Shown here in pieces: positions 1-11,352 of a stretch of 31,523 nt of DNA. This DNA comes from Chiloscyllium plagiosum (lineage: Eukaryota): positions 38,680,023 through 38,711,545 of the forward strand of contig NC_057718.1 of assembly GCF_004010195.1 (NCBI RefSeq). Reading direction: 5' to 3'. The first letter of the stretch is position 1; every line of letters starts with the position of its first letter. A program made the translations under genes and the position numbers. The notes beneath the pieces were generated by a model. It had not been told where the DNA came from and searched no databases. It saw nothing but the letters and a program-made list of their open reading frames with translations.

Positions 1-1310
1 ATGCTAATGCATTAGCAGCAGTTCAAAGAAGGTTTATGAGATGAATACCCGGGATGGGTGGATTGCCTTACGAGGAATGGCTAAATAGGCTTAGCCTCGA
101 TCCTCTGGAATTTAGAAGAGTCAGAGTGACTTAATTGAAATATATAAGGTCCTTAGGAGATTTGATTGGGTGAATGTTGAAAGGATGTTTCTTCTTCTTG
201 GAGAATCTAGAGCTAGGGGTCTCATTTGACCTTGATTTGTAGGACTGTTATATGAAGAGACTGGATAGGTTAGGACCATTTTAGACCATAAGAAATATGA
301 ACAGGAGTAAGCTGTTCAGCCTCTTGAATCTGCTCCGCCTTTCAATAGGATCATGGCTGATCTGACATTCCCGACATCCACTTTCTTACAATTTCCCCAT
401 AACCCATGATTCTCTTATTGATCAAGAATCTACATATCGCATCCTTAAATATATGCAAGGATTTTGTTCGCACTGCTATCTGTGGCATGGAGTTCTAAAG
501 ATTCAGAACTCTCTCAGAGAAGAAATTCCTTCTCATCTCAGTCGTAAATTGATTCTGAGATTATGCCCTCTGGTTCTAGACTCTGTCTTGAGAGAAAACA
601 ATCTCTCAGCATTTATCCTGTTGAGAATCCTATATTGCAATATACACTGGAATTTAGAAGAATAAAATTGGATCTCAGAAACATGTAAAAATTCTAACAG
701 AGCAAATGCAGGGATGATATTTCAGATGGCTGGGGAATCCAGAACCAGGGTCACAGTGTTAAGATATGGAGTAGGCCTTTTAAAACTGAGCTGAGGAGAA
801 ATTTATTTACCCAGAGGATAGTGAGCCTGTGGAATTCTCTGCCACAGAAAGCATTTGAGGCCAAAAAACTTGATTGCTTTCAAGAAAGAGTTAGATATAG
901 TTCTTAGGAATAAAGGGATCAATGGGTGTGGGAAAAAGCAGGAAAAGATTTCTGAATTGGATGATCAGCTATGTTGAATGATGGAGCAGGCTTGGAGGGC
1001 TGAATGGCCTACTCCTGCTGTTATTTTCTATGTTTCTACATTTCAAAATAAGGGAATGCCCATTTAAGACAGAGATGAGGAAAAAATTTCTCTGAGTTGA
1101 CAGTCTTTGGAATTTCTTTCCTCAAAAGGAAGCATATATAGAATCCTTAAGTATTTTTAGGATAGAGGTAGATAGATTCTTGATTACCAAGGGGTTCAAA
1201 AATTATCAGGGGTATGCAAGAATGTAAAGTTGAAGTTAAAGCCAGGTTAGCCATAGTCTTATTGAAGACTCGAAGAGCCCAGTGGCCTACTCTTGTTCCT
1301 TGTTCATATG
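1..1310 (+). mobile_element. Nested CR1-like LINE 3' fragments: element A (1-~224 and ~1020-1310) interrupted by element B (~225-1018)
   Basis: Both carry the conserved CR1 ORF2 C-terminal DNA (ctggaatttagaaga..., ga(g)atgagga...aattt) and a 3' UTR ending ggcctactc(c/t)tg...; element A reads through when B is removed. Confidence 0.7.
284..640 (-). mobile_element. Reverse-oriented CR1-like LINE/SINE 3' end inserted in element B
   Basis: Starts with the reverse complement of the same 3' UTR (cataagaaat...aggagta...cagcc); B resumes at about 645 (cactggaatttagaaga). Confidence 0.65.
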
Positions 1311-2639
1311 AGCATAATGTGACATCAAGATTGTGAACATTCTGGCTTAGTGCCAGGATGCTGTTAGGAACAGAGATGGGATTGGTAGCTCGGAATTGTA
1401 TTTTGGAACAGAAACCAAAATTAATGGCTTCAGACTTCTCAATATTTAATTATTTGATCAGTCAAACATCAGAAAGGTATAGAAAATCATCAAAATGCTA
1501 ACGAAATGCTGACTTTAATATCTTAAGGACTCGGTTACAGAAAGGGAAAAATTCTACTTCTTTTGTAAAGAAAGTACCTGGTTAGATGTCTAGCTGAAGT
1601 AGTGAACAGTTTTGATCGCATTTTTTAAAAGGATATAATATCATAAATCCATCATTTTATAGAGATGCAGGAAATTACTAACAAGGATAACTGGATTTCT
1701 ACAAATAATTGCAATGTGTGCTCCAGGTATTGCTGTCACTTCCACAGAGTAGTGACATCAAACACAGTTGCATAGTCATTACAACTGAAAAGTTCAGACC
1801 AAAATCTCTCTCGCAACACCGCAAATAAGCTGGGGAACTTAATTCTGTCTCTAATTCCACCCATATGTTATCAGGAATACATTTCTACATTCCAAAGACA
1901 GAGTGATGTTGCCTTTAATGCACTGTGTGACGATACCACCTGATGCTTTAAGTTATTATTTTAATCCTGTGGGGATTCTGGGCCTGAAGGACCACAGCCT
2001 ACTGAAAATGTCTTGCGCAGGTACAACCTCCTTGGCCTGTTGGAAATGGGATGAAGTGAAGCTGCTGGGCTGCTGTAAGGTTGGTAGAGACAGAAATCCT
2101 CATAACATTTAAATAGTATTTAGATGTATACTTGCAATGCAAAGGCGTATAAGGCTATGGACCAAGTGCAAATTTCCTGGTCGCTTACCATATGTGATTT
2201 ACCAACTAACTTGTGTAATATCTCTCTTGCATAGTTAATGAGCTGAGAAGCACGTAATTGTCAGAGTTAACTCACCCTGAGCATTAGCAGTAATGATACC
2301 GTCTAGTCTCTTGTCACCATATTTAATTTTAAAATGGAAAATTTTGGTCAGTGTTATTGCATGGCTTTCACTCTCATAGTTCTAGTTTCAATGTAAGCAA
2401 AATAGTGAACATTGAGCTTAATTAGGGTAGGAAGTATAGCAAACAGTACAACAATGTGTTTCTACATGAATGTACAGAATGTGGTATGCCTGTAATTGAT
2501 AAAAAAAACTATTTATAATATGAAATCTTTGAATTTTTATTCCAATACTGCATTGCAGAAATAGTCAGGCATGAACTTAATGCATGGAAACAATTATAGT
2601 CTAAAGTATGCAGAGGTTTGGCTCAGTTAAAATGGTAAC

Positions 2640-2950
2640 AAAGTGCTAAAGGCAAAGCAGAGAAGACTAAGATATGATTTAGTTAAGAATTTTAAATTTC
2701 TGAAAGATTTTGCTGGTGATCAGAGAAAGACTTATTTCAATTGGGAATTTACAACTTAAAATAGTTACTAAAGAAGTTGAGGAGGGAATTAAAAGTAAAA
2801 TTTGTCATTGTTGGAGCATGGAATGCTTTGCCGCAAAGAATATTGGAGGCAGAGCCCAGTATAACTTTGAAGGAAAAATTAGATAAATATTTGACACAGA
2901 AGAAGATTAAGATCTATGGGGAGAGAGCTGAACAATGAAGAAACAGTATA
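2640..2950 (+). mobile_element. Highly decayed CR1-like LINE 3' fragment
   Basis: Remnants of the RRLRxDL...WN.LP...FK..LD pattern (agaagactaagatatgattta; catggaatgctttgcc; aattagataaatatttg). Confidence 0.45.
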
Positions 2951-3648
2951 GACATGATGAACATTTTTCAATAAACTCCAAGGGGTTGAATTTCCCATGG
3001 GCATCAGTTTGGAAAGTCATCTTTTGAAGCCTTGGTAAAGTTCAAGGACTGTAATGGAAAGATAATTGATCTCAGATTAGATTGATTGCATTCCTAATTC
3101 TGTGACTACGTTTCATAAGTATTTGGATGGATGTAAAACATTTTGGGATGTCTCGAGGTCATTAAAGGTTTTCTGTTAAATAAGTCTTGCTTCCTTTATT
3201 TCTGTAAAATTGTCAAAGCAGTCACAGAATTTAGAATATATATACAATACAATACAGCACAGGAGCAAACTCTGTGTCCCACCAATTCGTATTCCTTATT
3301 TAGACCCGCTACTTATGCCTATACCCAGTTTCTTTCCCTCTGTTCACCTTACATTCATGTGTCTATCAAGATATGCTTAAAACGTTGTTAATGTGCCTGC
3401 TTCCACCACCTTCACTGTCAATGGTTCCAGGCACCCACTACAATGCTCCTAAGGGTTCTGCCATTTATTGTATAATTTTCACCTGAATTTGATCTTACAA
3501 AATGCATTCCCTCAGGGTTGTCGGAAAGGTTTGTTTTCATAATCAATTTGTTAAAAGAATTTAATCAGTGGAAGTAAAATACTGACATCATCACAGTTAC
3601 ATTACTATTTCATTTAGCATGGTTCTGAGATTTGCCCATAGTAGATAC

Positions 3649-4281
3649 TGTTATGGACCAGGCCAGACCCCCTCAAAGCATTTCAAAAAAGTGGCCTGGA
3701 CCATAACTTTGCCAGTTGTTTTGAGTAGGTGTAAAGTTATATTCCAGGAATGATGCAGCTGGCCCAACCACTTACTTTCAAACAATTTGCAAGATTACCG
3801 AATAAAACACAAACATAAGAGAACAGGTTAAAGAAGAACTTAACCTATCCAAAAACCCAGCAGATTATTCCAACTTAATGATACTGCTCCAAATACTTGC
3901 AACAATCCCCATAACCATTCCTTGGCAAAAAAGGAAAAATCAAACACAGGGTCTTGCAGGAGAGATGTCAGAGAGAAAGATGGCAGAAAGATTCATCATG
4001 GAACATGTTCTTCCATATAGCTGTTTCTTTGACCAGCAGCCTCAAAAATGACTGACTACTTTCTCTGAACAGCCAGACCGCTAAAAAAACCCAGACCAAA
4101 CCAAACCAGAGAAAAGGTGAGCTGGGAGAACTGACCACTCCTCTTTCATTGTACAATTTTTTTTAACTTAAAAGTTTCTTCATATTGATCAATCCATACA
4201 TTTCAGAACCTCTGTCTTGTAAAACACTTTTGAATAACACCAACGACAACACAACCTTGTTAAAGGAGCAGCAGCATCACA
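3649..4281 (-). repeat. 3' LTR of the Gmr1-like element
   Basis: TG...CA ends, homologous along its length to 10260-10884, adjacent to the PPT. Confidence 0.92.
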
Positions 4282-4308
4282 CCTCTTCCCCCCCGCCACC
4301 CCCACCCC
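4282..4308 (-). promoter_or_regulatory. Polypurine tract (PPT)
   Basis: cctcttccccccccgccacccccacccc on + is a G-rich purine tract on -, directly abutting the 3' LTR. Confidence 0.85.
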
Positions 4309-4539
4309 TTTAAAAAAATGAACCATCAATATCCAAAGATGGCTTCATTTTAAAACCCCTTAATCTTAAATTGTTCGTACATTACTATGCCCATGTATAT
4401 TATATTGACAATAATCATGCAAACATGTGTTCCTACATTCTGTTTCAGTCTGTTTTACTCCTGCTACTGAACGTCTCCGCTTCTCATTCAAGTCTTGACA
4501 ATGCATTGGCAATCACATTTCCTCATCCTGCCACATGCA

Positions 4540-4971
4540 CAATTTTCACATTGAATGTCTGTACCAACAAGGTCCATCTCAACAGTCTGGAATTTTTGTC
4601 CTTCAATTGCTCCACAAATTTCAATGGGTTATCTCAGATTGTCTCAGGTACATAAACATTGAAACCAACGCCAAGCTCACAGTCTCCTTCTCAACTGTCA
4701 AATATTTCTGTTGATGAATGTTCAATTTCCTGGAGAAATACCTGATGGATCTTTCTATTTTCTCGTCATCCTCCTGCAAGAGCACACCACCAACATCCAT
4801 GTCACTCGCATCAATAGCCACCGATACGTAATTACGCTTTGCGTAATTAGGTGTGACTAATACTGAGGCAGTGATTAACACAGCTTTCAGGCTATCACAT
4901 GTCTTCTGACAGTCCACTGTCCATTGAAACTTCTTGCTTTTCTTTAGCAATTCAGTGAGTAGAGCAGCCAC
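4540..4971 (-). pseudogene. RT connection and RNase H remnant
   Basis: FQWTVDCQK, IDASDMDVGGVLLQ, YFSRKLNIHQQKYLTVEKE: the typical Gypsy RNase H motifs. Confidence 0.9.
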
Positions 4972-5799
4972 TCAATCCTAAGAATCGTAGGACTGCTCTT
5001 TTGTAGATGTTATGGGGAACTCTCCAATTACCTTTGTTTTTTGCATTCCATGGAGCAATTTGTACATGTCCAACAACATGACCTGGGAAGGTGACTTTGG
5101 CTTTTGCAAATTCACTTTTGGCCTGGTTTATCACGAAGCCTGCCTCCTGAAGTTGAACAAAAAATTCTGATAAATGTTACAAATATTCTTTACATGTGTA
5201 ACTAAAAGTCACCAGGTCATCGATCTAAACTACACAATTGGGTAATCCAGCAATGACCATATTGGTTAGTCTCTGAAATATGGCTGCCGCATTTTTCATA
5301 CGAAATGGCATGACCTTAAACTGTTACAGCCCATTTGGCGTTACGAAAGCTGAAATTGTCTTTGCTCTTTTGGACAAAGGTACCTGCCAGTATCTTCTGA
5401 GTAAATCTAGCTTATCAATACAAGTTGCTTGTCCCACCTTTTCAACACAGTCTTTGAAACGTGAAATCAGATATGCAGCAGTCTTTGTAACTGCATTGAT
5501 TTTGCGATAGTTCACACATAACCATTGAGTACCAATTGGTTTTGGCTGCATTACTATGGGTGAGCTCCAGTCACTGTAACTCACTTCAATTATGCCATCT
5601 TGGTGGATGTATTCGATCTCCTTTTGAACCTGAGCCAACTTTGGAGGGTTATGCCAATAAGGATATTGATTAATCGGAACGGCAGCTCCTATATCTACAT
5701 CCTGCATAATTAGGTTGGTACTTCCCAACTTATTTCCACATATCTCCCCATGCGATAGTAGTAACTCTTTCAGGTAATTTTGATTTTCCTCTGGGAGGT
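4970..5799 (-). pseudogene. Reverse transcriptase remnant
   Basis: DWSSPIVM, LCVNYRKINAVT, KLDLLRRYWQV, AFVTPNGL; the YIDD motif is decayed to V*IDDL near 5215-5232; LRFLGLSG. Confidence 0.92.
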
Positions 5800-5813
5800 A
5801 ACTCAATTATTAT

Positions 5814-6879
5814 TGGTCTCGGACTCCTCCCTCCCCTTCCTAGACCTTTCTGTTTCTATCTCAGGCGATCGAATCAACACGGACATCTACTACAATAAAA
5901 ATCATGTTAGGGTATAAAAGAATACACCGATTAAAATGTCACAACTATCCTTGCAAGTCTCACCTTGCTGGTAGATGCTAAAGTTACAAGATTAAAAGCT
6001 GGTTTATTCATGAGCACCAAACATGTCACATTACCGAACTGCCCACTGACACAAATAGGGCGAACAAAGAAACAATGCAATCATCAAGTTAGACTTTAAG
6101 TATTGGCAACAAGAACAGACTCAATGTCTTGAATGCTGATTGTGTGATTGTAGATAATTGAATTCTTGGAATTAAGACAGACGTGTAGTTTTCAACTATT
6201 CCATCAGTTGATCTCTTAGAAAGACTGAACCATAATTTCCCTTTGAATAGTGTCCAATATTCAGTTGTTATTGTAGACAAATTCAGAATCAATATGAAAA
6301 ATAAAGCAGGACTTTGCTATAAGCTGTCCCTGATAATATTATCAAGTGTTCCAACTTTCTGATGTAATTTCTATTAAACCCTGGATATCTGCCCAAATGA
6401 AATTATAATTAGATTTTAGTGGTGTACGGTCGTGAGTCGCATTTTCCTTGAGCATTATTTTCACATTTAGCATTAATTAGAATTAAGTTGCCAGTGTTGC
6501 TCAGAACCAGAAAAGATAAAATTGAATCGAAAAGGCCTCAATGCGCCATGTTAAAAGTCATCTAGATTCCACAATTTCTCCCACTAATTTATCTGATTTG
6601 TTCTTCTGTCACTCCTACTCTCCAATCTAGGCTTTCTGTTCTCAGCTTTGCCTTTCTTACCCTCTTCCAACACTTCCAATTTCACTATTCATTTAGCCTC
6701 AATTACACTTTCCTACAGCTAACTGCCAGGGCACTTTTGGGTCATTATCCTGTATTCCTGATGAAGGGCTTTTGCCCGAAACGTCGAATCTCCTGTTCCC
6801 TGGATGCTGCCTGACCTGCTGTGCTGTTCCAGCAATAAAGTTTCAACTTTGATCTCCAGCATCTGCAGACCTCACTTTC
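5814..6879 (+). mobile_element. Chimeric non-autonomous Penelope-like insertion inside the Gypsy element: PLE RT fragment, unknown cargo, hammerhead-bearing 3' terminus
   Basis: Perfect 14-bp TSD AACTCAATTATTAT at 5800-5813 and 6880-6893. 5814-5893 translates VSDSSLPFLDLSVSISGDRINTDIYY (PLE RT LPFLD region). About 6750-6879 matches the terminal repeat also seen at 15680, 22785 and 31310. Confidence 0.8.
6754..6789 (+). ncRNA. Minimal type I hammerhead ribozyme motif with intact core
   Basis: ATTC-CTGATGA-A-GGGC(TTTT)GCCC-GAAACGTC-GAAT: stem I AUUC/GAAU, stem II GGGC/GCCC, loopless palindromic ACGU helix III, predicted cleavage after GUC at 6785. Confidence 0.8.
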
Positions 6880-7029
6880 AACTCAATTATTATCCCAATT
6901 TTTGACAACTTTCTCATTGTCCAATTTTAATTTGAGGAATGACTAATTCAGAATATTCTGAATTTGGTTCTTCATTGTGTGTTGTAACTAATAACAAAGT
7001 CCTTTGGCTTTCCTTCCCTGTCAAAATAT

Positions 7030-8165
7030 CTTTTGAGCATATTCACATGACACACTCTTGAGATTTCTTTCTGTTTGGAGTCCTTATGAGATAGTTCACC
7101 TCACTCAATCTTCTTTCGACTTGATAAAGTTCCACTAAACCCAGCTTTTAAGCGTTCTCATAACACTGGAAATAACACTAACACTTTATCCCCGATACCT
7201 AAATTGCGAGTTTTTGATTTCTTGTATACTTTGTGTTTCATTGTATGCTGTGATAATTTTAAATGCTGTCCAGCCGACTCCCCCAGTCTATTTAATCATT
7301 CCCTAAAATTTGACACATTGTCTAAAAATGTGGTCACTGAATTAAGACTTACCAACTTCTCCTTAAACAATTTTAGTGGTCCTCTCACTTCATACCCAAA
7401 TACTAATTCAAATGGACTGAATTCGGTTAACTGATTTGGTGCATCTCTGATTGCAATAAGTACAAATGGAATTCCTATATCCTAATCATCTGGATAGTCT
7501 TGGTTATAAGCCCTCAACATAGTCTTTAAATTCTGATGCCACCTTCCAAGCGGTCCCTGTGATTCTGGTTGGTATACAGTGGATTTGAATTGTTTTGTTT
7601 CTAAACTGTTCATAACTTCCTTGAGTAATTTTGATGTAAAGTTTGACCCTCGAACTGTTCATATCTTTGTGGGTAGTGCGTATCTAGTGAAAAATTTGAG
7701 TAAACTCCTCTACAATCCAATAGCTTCTAGAAATCTAGTGGACACATTCATTATTGTTAACAAATTCTGATTTCCACATTTTGTTTTAGGGAGGGGTCCT
7801 ACACAATCAATTAAGACTCTTGTAAAAGGTTCCTCAAATGCAACAGTAAGTATTAAAGGTGCAGGTTTTATTACTGCCTGTGGTTTTCTAGTTACCTGAC
7901 GTGTATGGCATGTCTACCAAACTTCAACTACATCCTTGTGCAGTCCAAGCCAGTAAAAGTGTTTTTGTATTTTAGTTTGAGTTTTTCTCACCCCTAAATG
8001 ACCCCCGACTGGTAGTTCATGCGCCACCTGCAACGCCACCTTTCTATAACCCACTGGCAATACGACTTCATGAACTTCTGCCGATTTCTCATCTGCCTGA
8101 ATATGTGATGGTCTCCATTTCCTCACTAAGACATCATTTCTAAGATAATGCCATTCAGGATGCAT
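7030..8165 (-). pseudogene. Integrase remnant (HHCC zinc-binding domain, core, GPY/F module)
   Basis: AHELPVGGHLGVRKTQTKIQKHFYW...TCHT; LIDCVGPLPKTK; RGSNFTS (second Asp lost); YQPESQGPLGRWHQ (catalytic Glu changed to Gly); FSG-YQVERRLSEVNY. Confidence 0.88.
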
Positions 8166-8419
8166 TCAGATTCTTTTTCCGTGGATGTCTTTTGATACAA
8201 TTTGTTTCATTTTTCATCTTTCTGGTGTAATTCAATTAATTTCTCTGAACTAAAGATGTCTGTGTTATCATCTCTGCTCCTGGTTTGTCTCAACAATTTG
8301 ATCAAACAGGGTCTCTACTAATTCCACTTCATTTTTCTTATCTATACTCTTTGATCTCACCTGTTTCAACTGGTGACTTTGTGTCCTGCAATAGTTAAAT
8401 TGCCTGAGTTTCAATGGCT

Positions 8420-8745
8420 TTTCAACCACAGTAGGCAGCACTCTGATCTGTGAACCAGCTATATCATTAGGAAGGATAAATTGTATTGCTGGAGCTGAGG
8501 GTTTGTCCAGTACTCCTACCAATACTTCTACACTCTTCACTGGACACTCTAACCTCACTCTGCATTATTGAGCGCTCGTGGCTCACCATGAATTCTCGTT
8601 ACTAGCACCTTTTCTGGCAATAGTCCTTCAGATGTACATATCTCCTCATCTTTCAACATCAAAGATTGAGGGGATTCTGTGTCTCTTAACATTGTAACCT
8701 CTTTATCTGTTGCTCCTGGCTTATGCGAATAAACTTTACCTTTGC
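8420..8745 (-). pseudogene. Aspartic protease remnant
   Basis: VTMLRDTESPQSLM (decayed LRDTG active site) and FILPNDIAG (decayed LILGNDLAG C-terminal motif), split over ORFs 8555..8866 and 8268..8558. Confidence 0.75.
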
Positions 8746-8919
8746 AGGTATATGGTTTAAGAAGATCTGGCACTTTCTCCTTAACCAACCTCTGACCAGG
8801 TTGTACATTCTGGTGCAGCTTTTTAGCCACCACTGTGCTTTCCATTACCACTCCAACAAAATTCACTGGCGTATCCTGTTTTCCTGCAACTGGCTTCTCA
8901 GTGCTTTCCCTAACCCATC

Positions 8920-10122
8920 AACACTGTGATTACAAGTGGCCTATTTTATCACAGTAAAAACACCCGAGCTTTATAACTTCTCTTTCCCCTTCAAAGGTTT
9001 CCTTTTTACCCTGTAGGAAGTTATCCTTATGTTCTTCACTGAGATCTACCTTTCACTTTCCACGTGAGGATTTCTCTTTTCCCCAATTTCTATTCCTCAT
9101 GGATTGAAACTGATGTGTGGAAGGCAGACTTCAATTTATGGACCAACTAATAATCATCAGCCATTTCAGCTGCTTATCTTGCTGTTTTAACTGTCTGCTC
9201 TTCCACATGAGTTCTCACTACTTCAGGAAGTGAATTTTTGAACTTCTCCAAAATAATCATCTCTCTAAGAGCAAGATAGCTTTGCTCTATTTTTAATGCC
9301 CTTATCCAACTCTCAAAATTACTTTGTTTGATCCTTTCAAACTCAATTTAGGTTTGACCAAGGTCCCTCCTTAGATGCCTGAAGCATTGTCTATAGGCTT
9401 CTGGCACAAACTCATGTGCACTTAAGATGGCTTTTGCCACCTCATCATAAGCCCCAAATACCTCCTGTGATTAGGCAAATACCTCACTAGCTCTACCTAC
9501 AAGTTTTGTTTGGATCAACAAAACCCACATAGTCACTAGCTACTGCATCTGTTTAGCCACTGTCTTGAAGGAGACAAAAAAGCTTCCACATCCTTCTCAT
9601 CAAATGCATGAATATATTTGAACAGATCCTCACCAGGCCATTGGCTACCAGGGGTTTGCTCATCTTCACTTTCTTCCTCACTAAGCTTACTTTCAGCCTT
9701 CATCTCCATCCTTTTAAAATGACTTTCCTGTTTAAGTGCCAATTTCTGAAGTTCAAACTCCCTCTTTCTCTCTCTTTTCCTTTTTGTTCTGCTGAAGCAG
9801 TTCATTCTTTTTCTTTTTCCTCTGCTTTTAATCATAATTCAAACAGTTTCACTTCTGTTGCCCTTTCCTTGTCTTTTGCCTCTAACTCAAGCTGTTTCAT
9901 TTTCAATTAAATGTTGGCCATCTTTAAAGATTCTGATGGTGTTTCCAGCAAATTTAAATGCTGAGCTATTGCTGTAATTATCTCCTCTTTTCTCATGGAA
10001 GGAGGCAGCTCCATCTTCAGATTGTCTGCTAATTCCAGCAGTTTGGCCTTAATCATCTCTTCCAACACCACCAACGTCTCTTCTTCCACCCCCAGAAAAC
10101 TCTTGGTGACTGAAAGAGCCAT
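8920..10122 (-). pseudogene. gag: Gag remnant: coiled-coil N-terminus, SCAN-like capsid domain (~9150-9404) and CCHC zinc knuckle (~8922-8963)
   Basis: Manual translation: ...PEAYRQCFRHLRR...LREMIILEKFKNSLPEVVRTHVEEQTVKTAR*AAEMADDY and CFYCDKIGHL*SQC; several stops and frameshifts. Confidence 0.85.
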
Positions 10123-10235
10123 AACTACACCAAACACTGTCTAAACCAACCAAATTCAACAGCTGGAACAAAAGACACTTACCATTTGCTGCCTTCGAGT
10201 CTGGCAACCCTAATCCCAATTTGGAACTATAGAAT

Positions 10236-10256
10236 AAATCCTGCAAAGAGCCCCCA
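10236..10256 (-). promoter_or_regulatory. Primer binding site, tRNA-Pro-like
   Basis: Minus strand reads TGGGGGCTCTTTGCAGGATTT 3 nt inside the 5' LTR; a degenerate match to the tRNA-Pro PBS TGGGGGCTCGTCCGGGAT. Confidence 0.8.
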
Positions 10257-10259
10257 ATC

Positions 10260-10884
10260 TGTTATGGACCAGGCCAGACCCCCTCAAAACATTTCAAGAC
10301 AGTGGTGTGGACCCTAGCTTTGCTCGTTGTTTTGAGCAGGTTGAAAGTGGATATTTCCAGGAGTGATGCAGCTGGCCTCTTAGTTAGAAAAAAACATAAT
10401 TTATTTGCAAGATTACTTAATGAACAAACAAAAGAAAACAGAATATAGAAGAACTTAACCTATCTGAAAGCCCAACAGATAATTCCAACTTAATGATGCT
10501 GTTCCAAATTTTTACAACAATCCCCATAAACACTCTTTGATCTTACAGGAGAGATGTCAGAGAGAAAAATGGCAGAGAGATTCAGCGTGAAACACCTTCT
10601 TCCATGTAGCTGTTTCTTTGACCAGCAGACTCAAAACTGACTGACTACTTTCTCTGAACAGCCAGACTATTAAAAAAAAACCCAAACCAAGTCAAACCAA
10701 TCCAGAGAAAAGCTTAACCAGGAGAACAGGCCACTCTCCTTTCATTGTGCAAGTGTTTTTTTAAAAAAACTTAAAAGCTTCTTCAAGTAGATCGAGCCAG
10801 ACATTTCGGAACCTGTGTCTCATAAAACACTTTTGAAAAAAACCAAGGACAACACAACCTTGTTAAAGGAGCAGCATCATCACA
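10260..10884 (-). repeat. 5' LTR of the Gmr1-like element
   Basis: TG...CA ends, homologous to 3649-4281, with a short deletion near 10540 relative to the other LTR. Confidence 0.92.
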
Positions 10885-11352
10885 ATAGTCAGAGTTGGCA
10901 TGGAATGGGAGAGGTGTTGGTGTGAATGAGTTGGAATGAGTTGGCATTAAGATGACAGAGAACGAATAAGGGTGGTGGGTACAGCTGCACAGATGAGTAT
11001 ATGGAATGTAAAGTCCCAAATTGGTGGGTAAGGTTCATTGGTTGGCATAGGGTTAGATGGGCCATTGAGAGTTGGTAGAGAAAAGGGTGTCATGGAGATT
11101 GAAGTGGTATGTGTTGACATGGGTGGACATAGGATGAGCATGGAGGGGAGGACTGTGGGGGCTGAAGGGACTTTTTTATGCTATCAAGAGCCAGTGCAAG
11201 GAGATAGGCCTGGCATTCACAGCCTGCACCCAAAGGAACCCTGCCACTAAAGTGAAAATCGAACCTTCTGGACCACTTTTTCCTAAGGTTGGGCTTGGAG
11301 AGCCATGAAATAAACCAACTCTGTCTCCCTGAACCAGGAACAATAATTGGAG
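10885..11352. repeat. Purine/G-rich degenerate repeat (gagttgg(c)at-like units), probably the interior of a non-autonomous DNA element
   Basis: Recurrent gagttggcat/gagttggaat units; similar low-complexity tracts lie in reverse at ~12300-12460 and ~21120-21360. Confidence 0.35.

Larger units (their letters stand above)
3649..10884 (-). mobile_element. Full-length decayed Ty3/Gypsy LTR retrotransposon of the Gmr1-like clade
   Basis: Direct repeats TGTTATGGACCAGGCCAGACCCCC...CATCACA at both ends; imperfect 4-bp TSD ATAC (3645-3648)/ATAG (10885-10888); PBS and PPT in the correct places; internal gag, PR, INT, RT and RH remnants with stops and frameshifts. Confidence 0.93.

Noticed and set aside
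6089..6292. 67-aa ORF in the cargo as a viral or captured gene
   Set aside because: It has no ATG start, shows no motif I recognise, and is bounded by stops; left as unexplained cargo.
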